Origin: Octopus sinensis
Lineage: Eukaryota
Reading direction: 5' to 3'
Length of the DNA stretch: 64,000 nt
Assembly: GCF_006345805.1 (NCBI RefSeq)
Contig: NC_043011.1
Coordinates: 58,044,464-58,108,463, forward strand
The position numbers were made by a program, and so were the translations under genes. Positions 53,066 through 64,000 of the stretch are shown one piece after another; within the stretch, counting starts at the first letter, position 1, and every line of letters begins with the position of its first letter. The notes beneath the pieces were generated by a model. The model did not search any database. It was not told where the DNA came from and worked only from the letters and a program-made list of their open reading frames with translations.

Positions 53066-53756
53066 AAATGAATACTAATACGAGTGAGTTTGTCTTTCTT
53101 ACTTCAGAGCCACTTTTACTCTGTACGGTTATGTTCAGCACGGCGAGACCGAAGGCCTTCATTGATATTTGTTTGATGTTCTCCCAATAATTGCTGGACT
53201 GAAACAAAGAACACATTGGATAGGTAGACTCATTCTGAAAAACAAAGAAAGAGGGTATCCATGGGCCCGACGTCTGTGGACACAGTTCCCTTCTATAATG
53301 ACTGGCATATGAACAAATGAAAAAAAAAAACATTATGCCAGTCTGCAATTTTGTGACCTGGTGGTTAGTAAGTTCCGTTTTTGATTATTAGGCTCAACGT
53401 TCGAATTTCGGACCAGCACCATGTTGTGATATTGAACCAGACATTTCATTTCACGTTGCTCTGACTTTGGCGTAAAAGATTTCAGATCTCAGAATATAAA
53501 GAAAGTCTAATATTAGTTACAATTCTGTGGACTTCAAAAATCATTCCGGCTCCGTTCCACCTGTACTTATCATTTCGCTTTCAGTATAAAGCAATACTGC
53601 TTTATCGTTAATTTGAAGAAAAATGGAAGATCGAAACATCCAGTATATTGTAACGTAATGCAAAATATTTGTTTGTGTGAGTGTATGTGTGTGTGTTTGT
53701 GTGTGCCTGTGTGTGTGTCTATGTGTATACATATACAATCATATATAAATAAGTAG

Positions 53757-54890
53757 ATGGATTGGGTTGACCAAAACATCTCTTCGATTTTCGTTGACTG
53801 TAAACTTCAAAATCTCAAATAAGTAGCTAGTTTCATTTTACTCCTTGCACTTGAAACGTCAAAGTATTTCAAAGCGAATTGGAGACAAAATAGGTTGTTT
53901 CTTTTGTGTTTGTGGTCACTCTGAATAATATGAAGAACCAAACTGAAATTTATAGATTCCACATGTTCTTTTTTTATATTTTCAAAAAGGCAAGAAAGTG
54001 ACAAAATACTGGAGGAAGATACGAAGTGTGCTCGCAGATGTTGTGCTTAAGAATCGGGTGTGCAAGAAGTCCTTCCAAGATTTCTTTCAGGAAGTTTTTC
54101 GGTTCAAGATGCATGTCACTTTAGCCGGCTAATTGAGATTAACTGCGTTAACAATTCCTGTTATAAAAGCAAGATGATTGCAGATAATCTCCAAATATCC
54201 AAATTGAATGTTGAAATCTATCGGCATTAACTTGGTTACCTCAGCAGGCTTAGTATTTGAGTCTCATATCAACTTAATTAGACTAACCTCGCCTAACGGA
54301 TTTCCGTCTGCGATTGGCTGCAGAAACATAAAGAAAACCATATTTTTTGAAGAGAATGATGGAAAGGGACAAAATGTGGCTATCTACAACAATGTGAAGG
54401 CTGTCGATTGTGAAGAATACGCAGCGAACGATCACTAACAATCTCCAAAACAGGATTTTCTTCTGAAGAAGGTAATGATTTGGTGGGATTGCAAGAGCGT
54501 TACCTTTTACGAGTTTCTTCTAGCAGACCGGACAATCTGGACCTTATTAAAAGCAGCGATCCCCCAGAAGCGTCTCGCAGTTGCTAATCATAATGGTTTT
54601 ATCTTTTATCCTGATATTGTCAGGCCGCTCACTTCTTTGCAGACACAGCAAAAGTCACTTCAGTTTGACTGGATGGTTTTTTTGCACCCGCCATATTTCC
54701 TCCTGTTTTGTTATCATCAAAATTCATTGAATGGAAGGACCCTCGACTCCTAGGAGGATCTAAAAATTCACCTGGCAGAGGTATATGTCTGTAAAGATAG
54801 GAAATTCCTTAAGGAGAGGAAATGAACGTGCCTACAAGATATTGGAACGAATTATATTATTGTTAAATTAAATCGCTTTGTGTTTAAAGC
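53757..54890 (+). mobile_element. Degraded mariner element
   Basis: TIR-like attgggttgaccaaaa; MIWWDCKSVTFYEFL..LKAAIPQKR..FYPDIVRPLTS..HPPY correspond to mariner WWD, HDNARPH and HPPYSPDL. Confidence 0.8.
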
Positions 54891-54894
54891 ACCT

Positions 54895-54949
<55 letters not shown>

Positions 54950-55837
54950 CTTTATCACCAAGCTATCATCCGGTCACTTTTATCATTTCAAGACACTCTA
55001 TCCATTATTGCCATATGCAATATTCTATGTTTTATCTTCGCCCCGCCCTTCCTACCCTATCAGATTAATAGCAAAGTACCCTGTCCAATTTCGTCTCTGG
55101 TCCTTCTTTCTCTGTCCCACTCTCTTCTTCTTTATTTATTAGATTTTAATACCTTACATATTGTTATCTCAAATATAATTTTTACTGTATAATTTTCAGT
55201 CTAAATACTAGGCTTATTTCTATTATATTCTATTTTAATTACATTCAATTTCTTATTCATGTCACAGTCCATCTTATTCTGTATGTATTGTTCTATTGTA
55301 CCTCTCACATATTTTTACGCAAAATTTTGATGAAATTATTATCTTTATATAGTTTTTTTTTTCGCTCTGGACAATCCTCTTTTCAGCCTCATTGTGTGCT
55401 AAATTTTGTGGAGAGCAATTCTTAGTGGTTGAGACCATAGCGGTTCTTCTTCTAGCATAAGGGTTTCGACATAGTGGTTTAAAAAATCCCTCTTATATTT
55501 ATGTATAAAATACTATTTACTGAATCTCAGTAAATTTTTATATGCTAGACCACTGGTGTTATAATTGATGTTATCAAATTAATATCCAATTTCTCACCCT
55601 CATTTTGATTTTATATATATATATATATTCGCATTCCCGAACATATCATGAGGTTAGCGCTTTTGTGAGGCTGTTGCCATAATTTTGACTCTCGGTGTTA
55701 TTTAGGCCCGTCATTTATTCATTTTGCCTTGTTGATTTTAATTGCTATGGCCATATATATTATAATGCCTGACGAATGGTGACATGAACCGCTGACTAAC
55801 CGCTTTTATTGCTCGAGTGGGGTTCAATACCTTAGTA

Positions 55838-55952
<115 letters not shown>

Positions 55953-56699
55953 TTATCTATCTATCTATCTATATATCTATCTTTCTATCTATCTATATCT
56001 ATCTATCTATCTATATTTAATACTTCCATTTTTGTCCCTAATGTAAAATATTCTTTATAATTTAATTCGTATTTAGAAGCTAAGTTGACAGTTATTCTCA
56101 GAGGTTACCTGAAAATTTAGAATCTGGCTCATAACCAAATACCGGTACCTTATGATGTGTGATGGAGAGTGTTATGAAAAGTGTAATTATTACAGAATGC
56201 ATGGAATACAAGAGGAAAAGTAGAGATTTAAGAAAGCTCTTAATACGATAGGTACGAAATGATGAAATATATTTCAGAAAAGAAGAGGTGTCTAAAATAT
56301 GGACCTGCTGCTGTTGTTGGTGCTGTTGCTGTGTGATGATAATAGTGATAATGATGATAATGATGATAAACGTATATGCATAAAGACGTAGAAATCCAGA
56401 TACGACCACATAATGTATATGTCTATGCATGGAAGGAAGGATGCGCATATATATATATATATAGATATACCATATCGTGTAACATATATTACATTGTAAT
56501 ATACGTATATATATATTCAAACATTTGTGTAAACATATATGAAACGTGTATCTCTAAGAACTTGTTGCTGAAGTACCTTGAGCTCTTAAATACATAACTC
56601 TAATGCATTTTTAATAGTTTTCTCTCAAGTGGTTCTAGATTAAAAATTGAGAAAATAGATAACTTTTCTCATGTACATGTGTATAAGCAAATACGATAC

Positions 56700-56821
56700 A
56701 CAATCATAGGTGCGTATGTATGTATGTATGTATGTATGTATGTATGTATAATTGTATATGTATGTATGTATATCCATCTATCTATCTACCTATCTATCTA
56801 TCTATATATTATATTTATACA

Positions 56822-56895
<74 letters not shown>

Positions 56896-57052
56896 ACATA
56901 TATATTCATATATATATATATATTATATATATATATATGAATGTATGGAAATATTTCTATCAATATATTTATGTATATAATATATATATATACATATATA
57001 TATATATATGTATATATATGTATATATATATATATTATATATATATATATAT

Positions 57053-57084
<32 letters not shown>

Positions 57085-57170
57085 TATATATGTATATATA
57101 TATACATATATATATATATGTTTGTGTGTGCATATATATGTATATATTTGAATTGTGTGTATCTGCTTTA

Positions 57171-57247
<77 letters not shown>

Positions 57248-57260
57248 GACATATATGTAG
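56700..57260. repeat. Long degenerate (TA)n/(TATG)n tract; similar tracts at ~760-930, 3215-3390, 8845-8945, 27465-27590, 31410-31770, 37200-37400, 47405-47740, 48100-48290
   Basis: Read directly; source of the YI-repeat pseudo-ORFs. Confidence 0.95.
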
Positions 57261-57529
57261 ATAGAGAGATAACCTACGAGCATGTGCGCATTTGTGCCTT
57301 TATATATGATACAAAGTATGCATCTCTAGTTTTTCTCCCATTTTCTTTATTGTTGTTATAATGGTCTCTGGAATGATTTTGTGGAACCCTTGCTTATTTC
57401 CTTATCAATGTTGCAGATTGTGTTTGGAAAATATCATTATTTATAGAACATTGTATCTCCGTTATCTGCAGGTTGAAATATTTTCAGATTCGTTTCCCGT
57501 AATTTTATTATCATATTGATTCGTAAGTC

Positions 57530-58095
57530 AGCGAAGCGGTAGAATCGTTTGTACGCCGTTGAAATGCTTAGCGACAAATATGTCCGTTTTTACGATTTGT
57601 GTTTAAATGCCACCGAGGCCGACCTTGTCTTCGAACCTCCCAGGGTAGATGAATCAAGTCCCAGTCATATACTGTAGTCGCTATAATGGGCTAGACCGAA
57701 AAAATCCAGGTATATTGTGGAAATATATGACAGAAATTCGTGTAGTTCTTAAAATTCAGATATTTTCTTTAAAAACTGGTCATGAAATTTTCTAAATTTA
57801 GCCATCATACGTACTTTCTACAGGTGTATACTTTATGCAGATTTAGCCATTTTGTTGAATTTAATATTTGCAAATTGCCAAGGCAGGGAGCTGACACAAT
57901 CGTTAGCACACCGGACGCAATACTTAGCGACACTTCGCCCGTATTTATGTTCTGTGTTCAAATTTCGCCGAGATCAGCTCTCCTTTGCATAATTTCGAGG
58001 TCAATAAAAGAAATACTAATTGAGCAATGGAATCGGTGTAATCGACTCGACCTTCCCCTCTAAATTGCTGGCCTTGCGCCAAAATTTGAAATCAA
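57530..58095 (+). mobile_element. Two diverged CORE-type SINE copies (57530-57715, 57883-58095)
   Basis: aatcgttagcacaccggacgcaatacttagcg..tcaaatttcgccgag..aaattgctggccttgcgccaaaatttgaaa. Confidence 0.7.
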
Positions 58096-59326
58096 TATGT
58101 ATACAATATATTTTCCGTTTGTGGACGTTGATCGTATGTAAAATAGTTTTCAAATAATGAATATATGCCTTATGATGACTTCTTTTTGAAAGTATCATGG
58201 CTAACTACTCAAAGAATTTACAAAGCACTGTTAAGGGCATGTCTATGTTAGTGATAGATATGAAGTAATTAAAGTTAGTCGGGGAGGAGTGGAGCCTTAA
58301 ATCGATCCCTCTGTTGGATTGGTACTTTATTTTAACGATACTCCCAACGTTAACGGCGGCGAGATTTTTAACCACGACGCCAAAGGACGCTTACAACAGT
58401 ATTGATCTATGCCATGGAACAACAATATTGATCTCTGGCATAGACTCAATCACTGAGATTTGGATGAATGTTAAATTTGATTACAATTAAAAGCCTAATC
58501 CTCCGATAAATGCTTTATCAACCCAAGAATGATGAAAGATAAATATGGCCTCAGCGGTATTCCAACTGAGGACGTAAAATGCGTTCTAATAATATTAATT
58601 GCAAATGGCCTGATCTAACCAATTCCTCATGACTGAAAGACAGCTAAAACACCTAAAGACACCTAAAACCAATATCATATACACTTTTCATCTATTGCTC
58701 TAAGTGCTCACCAAAATACGTTTTGAGAGAACCTTACAGTTGAACGATTTTCACGGATACCATTACCTAGGATTTCAAAAACATTGAGCAAATTCTTTGA
58801 CAACATGCTTCCGCCCATATAATATAAAATAAAATAAAAAATCAATCAAAGACGGGTAGAAATATCATAATAGATATCGGCAGTGTCTTCATGGTTAGGA
58901 ATCATAGCGTTTTATATTGGTCCATAAAAATGGAATTGATTATGTTGATGAAGGATAGAATATTTTCTTTTTTTCATTTCTACTACACCGCTATTGTGAT
59001 GCAAATATTTACATTCTGTGACATATTTATATTAGTTACAAAAATATAGAGCCACCGAATTTATCTGAATAGATAAAAATATATCTTTAAAAACGTTCCA
59101 AAGCTGATAATTATTTCATCACAAAATTTTACAAGTGATTCAATATATATTCTCAAACACTGGAAGATAAAATATGTAGGCAGTGTTACAGAATATATTT
59201 TTCACGTGATTATGATAGAGCCTTACTTAGTAAAGCTCGGATGATTTTAGCAGTGCATACTTGAAGTAATTTACATAGGAAATAGCCGAGTAATTAGATG
59301 TTCCGATTGACATAGCATTTTCCTAG

Positions 59327-59376
<50 letters not shown>

Positions 59377-60105
59377 CAACATATTTCTAGACATTGTTAT
59401 TAAACCATTCAATGTTAAATATTTAACATGGGATTGAGAAAATATATCTATTGATTGATTAAGTGGTTTTAAAGCGTCAAGAAAACCCAGCAAAACTTCA
59501 TTGCTTGTCGTGATGTGTCAGTCTTGTGAATCACTTCCAAGAATTGGATAACTTCCAGTTCACCAGTTCCATTACTGATTTGATTAATACAAGTTACAAT
59601 GAACTTTACCCGATACTTCGGCACGCAGTTATCTTGCTGAGAGTACGGTGTTAGCAGAGCAGTAAAACTTGTAATTAAAATATAACTAGTATGAATATTG
59701 ATTGGATTTCGCAAGGCATAACGTCAGTTTCGAAGATCGGAAGGAGGCCAAATATATTTTAAATAATCTTCTGAATGTCATTGATAAATATTTAAGGAAA
59801 CTCAAATGTGTTACACACAGAATGTTAATGATGAATACTACCTACCATTCATCTTCTTGGCTTCTCTTAACCTATAATAACAACAGCAACAACAGCAGCA
59901 ACAACAACAACAACTACAACAACAACAAGAACAATAACAACAAGAACAACAGCAGCAGCAGCAACAACAACAACAACAATAATGATAATAGCAGAAAACA
60001 GCGCAGCTTGGAGCCGCATGAATACTCCGGAAGAGGCTCGAAAAAGCGTGCTAACAATTCTGCCACTTCGCCCCTTTAATAATAATAATAATAATAATGA
60101 GGATG

Positions 60106-60136
<31 letters not shown>

Positions 60137-60399
60137 CAATAATAATAATAATGAAGATAATGATGATAATGATGATGATGATAATGATGATGATGATGAT
60201 GATGATGATGATGGTGATGATGGTGATGATGATGATTGTGGTAATGATCCTTTCGAATGTAGGTACAAGACCTAGAATGTAAGAGAAGAAGGCTAGGCAT
60301 TTACATCGAACCAACTGTTTGGATCTTTCTTGCGTTATCCAAAACGATAAAAGCCAAAGCAGTCTTCAGCGCCGTTTGAAGTAAGGACTTCCAAATACT

Positions 60400-60750
60400 G
60401 AATTTACCTCAGGTCGAGCAGCCCATCCCACTGAAAATGTCCTTGGATAACGATTGTTTAAGAAGGATGAACGAAACAATCTTATTTCAAGGAGTGAACC
60501 AAACTCCCACAAATCCTTCTCGACACATGGCTACGCTGCTCTGCCTATATTCCTGCTCGAGATCAGAGATAAACATATCATCAGCCACCGAGGGACATGC
60601 TGAACCGCTTAAGGTCAAGTAATTGACAGACGAATCTGATGTATCGGGCAGAAAATCTGTTGGAGCAGAGCTTTGAGACAAAGACAAAACATACACATGT
60701 TAGAACTTCCAAACAGCTAAGAACAGAAGCCAATGCTTGGTATTGCATCA
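60400..60750. mobile_element. Family C repeat, diverged copy
   Basis: Aligns with 61105-61452. Confidence 0.7.
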
Positions 60751-60917
60751 GGGCAATTATCATCATCATCATCATTATCATCATCATTATCATCATCATC
60801 GTCGTCGTCGTCGTCGTCATCATTATTATCATCATCATCATTAATATTATTATTATCTTCATCATTATTATTATCATCATCATCATCATCATTATTATTA
60901 TTATTATTATTATTATT

Positions 60918-61452
60918 GAGTGAGAGAGCAGTGCATGCCATCAAAGTGACACTGGGGTAAAATTTACGAAGCCCAGTATACCCATCATGACTACCTGTCT
61001 GATAAGGGTACACCAGACACATGCATCACAACCATATGTGTGCGACATGGTGATCTAATGTCAAGATAAACAGCACATGACCTTGCAGGTGGGGCCCAGT
61101 TAGAATTTTCTTCAGGTTGAGTAGCCCATCCCGCTCAAAATGTCCCTGAATAACGGTTGTTTAAGGATGTTGAAAGAACCACCCATGTTTCCAGAGGTGA
61201 ATTATTCAAACCCCAAAGAATCCCTCTCAACGCATGGCTATGATGCTCCCCCACTACTTCTGCTCATGATCAGAGATGCACATATCGTCAGCCACTAAGA
61301 GACATGCTCAACTGGTTAAGGTCAAACAACTGACAAGCAAATCTGTGGTATTGAGCAGAATATTTGCTGTAGCCCATCTTTTATACCAAGACAAAACAAT
61401 GTACATGATAACACTTTCCAACCAGTTAAGATCAGAAGCCATGAGAGCCACT
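60918..61452. mobile_element. Family C repeat, longest copy, (ATT)n on both sides
   Basis: gagtgagagagcagtgc..gcatcagggcatttattatt; homologues at 11893-12303 and 60400-60750. Confidence 0.75.
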
Positions 61453-61472
61453 GCCTGGTACTGCATCAGGGC

Positions 61473-61516
<44 letters not shown>

Positions 61517-62989
61517 TATTATTATTATTATTATTATTATCATTATTATTATTATTATCAACATCGTCATCATTATTATTATTATTATTATTGTTGTTGT
61601 TGTTGTTGTTTGTTATTATTATTTGTTGTTGTTGTTATTATCTTGTTCGTCATGAAATTAAATAATTTATTTTGTCTTGCAAGAGATGCGATAATGCAAA
61701 TGCCAAAGGGCTCATAGTATACTTGTTCCTTTACATTCTGACTTGATACCATAATAGGGAGAGTAACTGTTGAATCCCGGTATCACCAATATCATCTGCA
61801 CTTGTAGCAGTTTCCCTTTTTTTTTGTTTTTTTTTCCAGCAATCAAAATAATTGCTCCGATAAATGCAAACATTATTTATCCTTTCGAAGCTAGTATGGT
61901 GAAATTGATGTAAAATAGGAAATATAAAAAACAGATAAAATAAATATATCGATAAATGCATAAAATCGTTATTCTTACGTAAGTTATTTTGCTATTTTGT
62001 ATCTGGGCAACGCTAAATGCGTTGAACGAGTGTGGAATTTTGCAGGTGATGCTGTGATAAGAAAGAATTTCTGATAATGTAGTTATGAAACGGAACAATC
62101 CATTCCGGGTCATGCAAACCTGAACGCATTGTGTGGGTGTAGGTAATTGAATACTTTATCGGAACAAGAAAAACAAAATGTCAGCATTATTGAGTAAAAC
62201 TGCATTTACGAATACCATGTTGATTTCAAATAATATTGTGTATAGCAATTTCGCATTCACACCGTGTTAAATATGAGCTTTATAAAAATGTCCTGAAGCT
62301 CACCGCCAGCGATTGTGCTATTAAACATAACAAATAGTTATCTACTTTTGAGCTGAGAGAAACCTAGAGATAAAATTTTCATCAGATACACTAGATTATT
62401 TAACATAGAGATGCACAAATATGCAAGGGAACTTCTCTACGACTACTACTACTGGGCATGCTAGAAACGCAACAAAATTCCTTCAAATCCTAACCTATTG
62501 AGTGTAAACAAAGGAATAAACACAAGGTATATAAAAGACAAAATAAGCACGGTTAAATGCATTTGATCATAGATTCGCTCAACTAAGTATGACATGGGGT
62601 GTAATCAAAATAATGCAACGATGCGAAGCACAAATTAACGAAGCCTTTACGTGGTCGACCACAGTAAAGTAAAGACCCCATTTGGTCCTGAATAGCTATG
62701 GGATTGCACCTAGAAAGTTCCCCCACCTAGGTACAAGTCCAGGCAGTGTTGTTTATAGACGCCCAGCAGTCGCCCATGCATACAATCCTTTCCCTCTCCA
62801 TGCCACTGATGTTATGCAAGGGAAAGGCAAAGAGGTCGATACAGCTTGGCACCAGTGACGTCGCAAGTCATTTCAACAGTTTAGGGAACTGGAGCAACAT
62901 GAAGTAAAGTTTCTTGCTCAAGAACAGAACTCAGAAAAAAAGGTAAAATTACCTGGAGCTCACATCTTACCCTATTATCTTGGCCTGCA

Positions 62990-63170
62990 TTATTTACATC
63001 ATTTACATTGGACGGATATATGTCCTCATCTTGTTTGTTGTTACCACAACGTTTCGGCTGATTTACTCTGTGGTAACAACAAACAAGATGAGGACGCATA
63101 TCCGTTCAATGTAAATAATGTAAATGATTTACAGAATTCCTCATCTCTAAAAATAGAACAGTATTATCTT
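62990..63170. mobile_element. Hairpin made of two inverted family H tail modules, with the 3' half of an HHR on the minus strand
   Basis: Arms ~62990-63046 and 63069-63125; both align with 28640-28745. Confidence 0.75.
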
Positions 63171-63784
63171 ACCGTATTATCTAGTCTGATATTACTGTTG
63201 TACTTATAATCTTTCAAGCTTTAGGTATGCACCTATGTTCATCACTGATTCATTCATCACGAACTAATTATTATAATACGGATCGGTGATCAGTCGAAGA
63301 TTCTGCTTGGAGCGTAAAGCACTGGCCAACGACCATCCAAAATGGTTCCAGACGGCAATCATTATCACTGTGCTACGAGTCTGTGTAATTTTTATACGGA
63401 TTTACGTACCCATACCCATCAACATAGGTTTTACTATTCATTTATCAGTGATTCATTTAACATATGACCTTAGTACTTATATGTTTTAAAGTCTGGTTCT
63501 TATTCTATCGATATATTTTGCCGCACAACTTTAATACGAGAAGTATAAAATAAAACATCACCAATTGGCAAGCAAGTGTCGGGTGCAAACTGAACCAGAA
63601 AGACGCGCGCCTGGACACACGCACACACAAATACAAACGTGCGCGCACACGCGCACACATAGATAAATAGATGGATATAGGTATAAAAAGATAGATAAAT
63701 CGATAGATAGATAAATACATTAGATACATACATTCATACAAGCATACATACATGCATGAATTCATACACAGACATACATACTCA

Positions 63785-63955
63785 CAAGTGTATGTATCTA
63801 TAACGGATATCCACTCAGTTTCTGTCAACCAGATTCGCTCATGAGCCATTGTCCGGCCCAGGAATATAGTAGAAGACACTAGATTCCGCGGAGTGGAACT
63901 GAAATCGGAAATACCTGCTTGTAAACTGAGTTCGTAAGACACGAAACCATATTGC
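63785..63955 (-). mobile_element. Diverged SINE family A 5' half
   Basis: cagtttctgtcaaccagattcgctcatgagccattg..tatagtagaagacact. Confidence 0.5.
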
Positions 63956-64000
63956 TAAATATCTATGAAATTATTATTACGTTTTTCATATATTTAGAAA

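Noticed and set aside
55765-55800. CTGACGA-ATG[GTGA]CAT-GAAC hammerhead-like motif
   Set aside because: GAAC instead of GAAA and no stem I or III pairing found; at most a decayed remnant
59469-59714. 81-aa minus-strand ORF in non-repetitive DNA
   Set aside because: No recognisable domain or splice context; this length is expected by chance
60918-61452. HDV-like ribozyme in family C
   Set aside because: Could not build the P1/P2/P3/P1.1 nested pseudoknot by eye

Overview
AT-rich, repeat-saturated animal genomic DNA, most likely octopus. This assignment rests on recognising the tRNA-derived/CORE SINE families and the (TA)n/(AAT)n microsatellite load. No host protein-coding gene can be supported, so the window is probably intergenic or a large intron; nearly all listed ORFs are microsatellite artefacts. 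Recognisable content: many SINE copies from several families; 5'-truncated R4/Dong-like RLE LINEs sitting in (AAT)n tracts; a CR1-group LINE split by a 1762-bp long-TIR DNA transposon with an 8-bp TSD; RTE and L2/CR1 3' ends; and two mariner remnants. The most striking unannotated signal is a set of nine type-I hammerhead ribozyme (HHR) folds plus one half-motif, from about six unrelated sequence families. They lie in short ORF-less palindromes or inverted pairs resembling Penelope-like-element pseudo-LTRs. One family is a tRNA-head/(AAT)n/HHR-tail SINE-like element. All folds were derived by eye and no activity is demonstrated.
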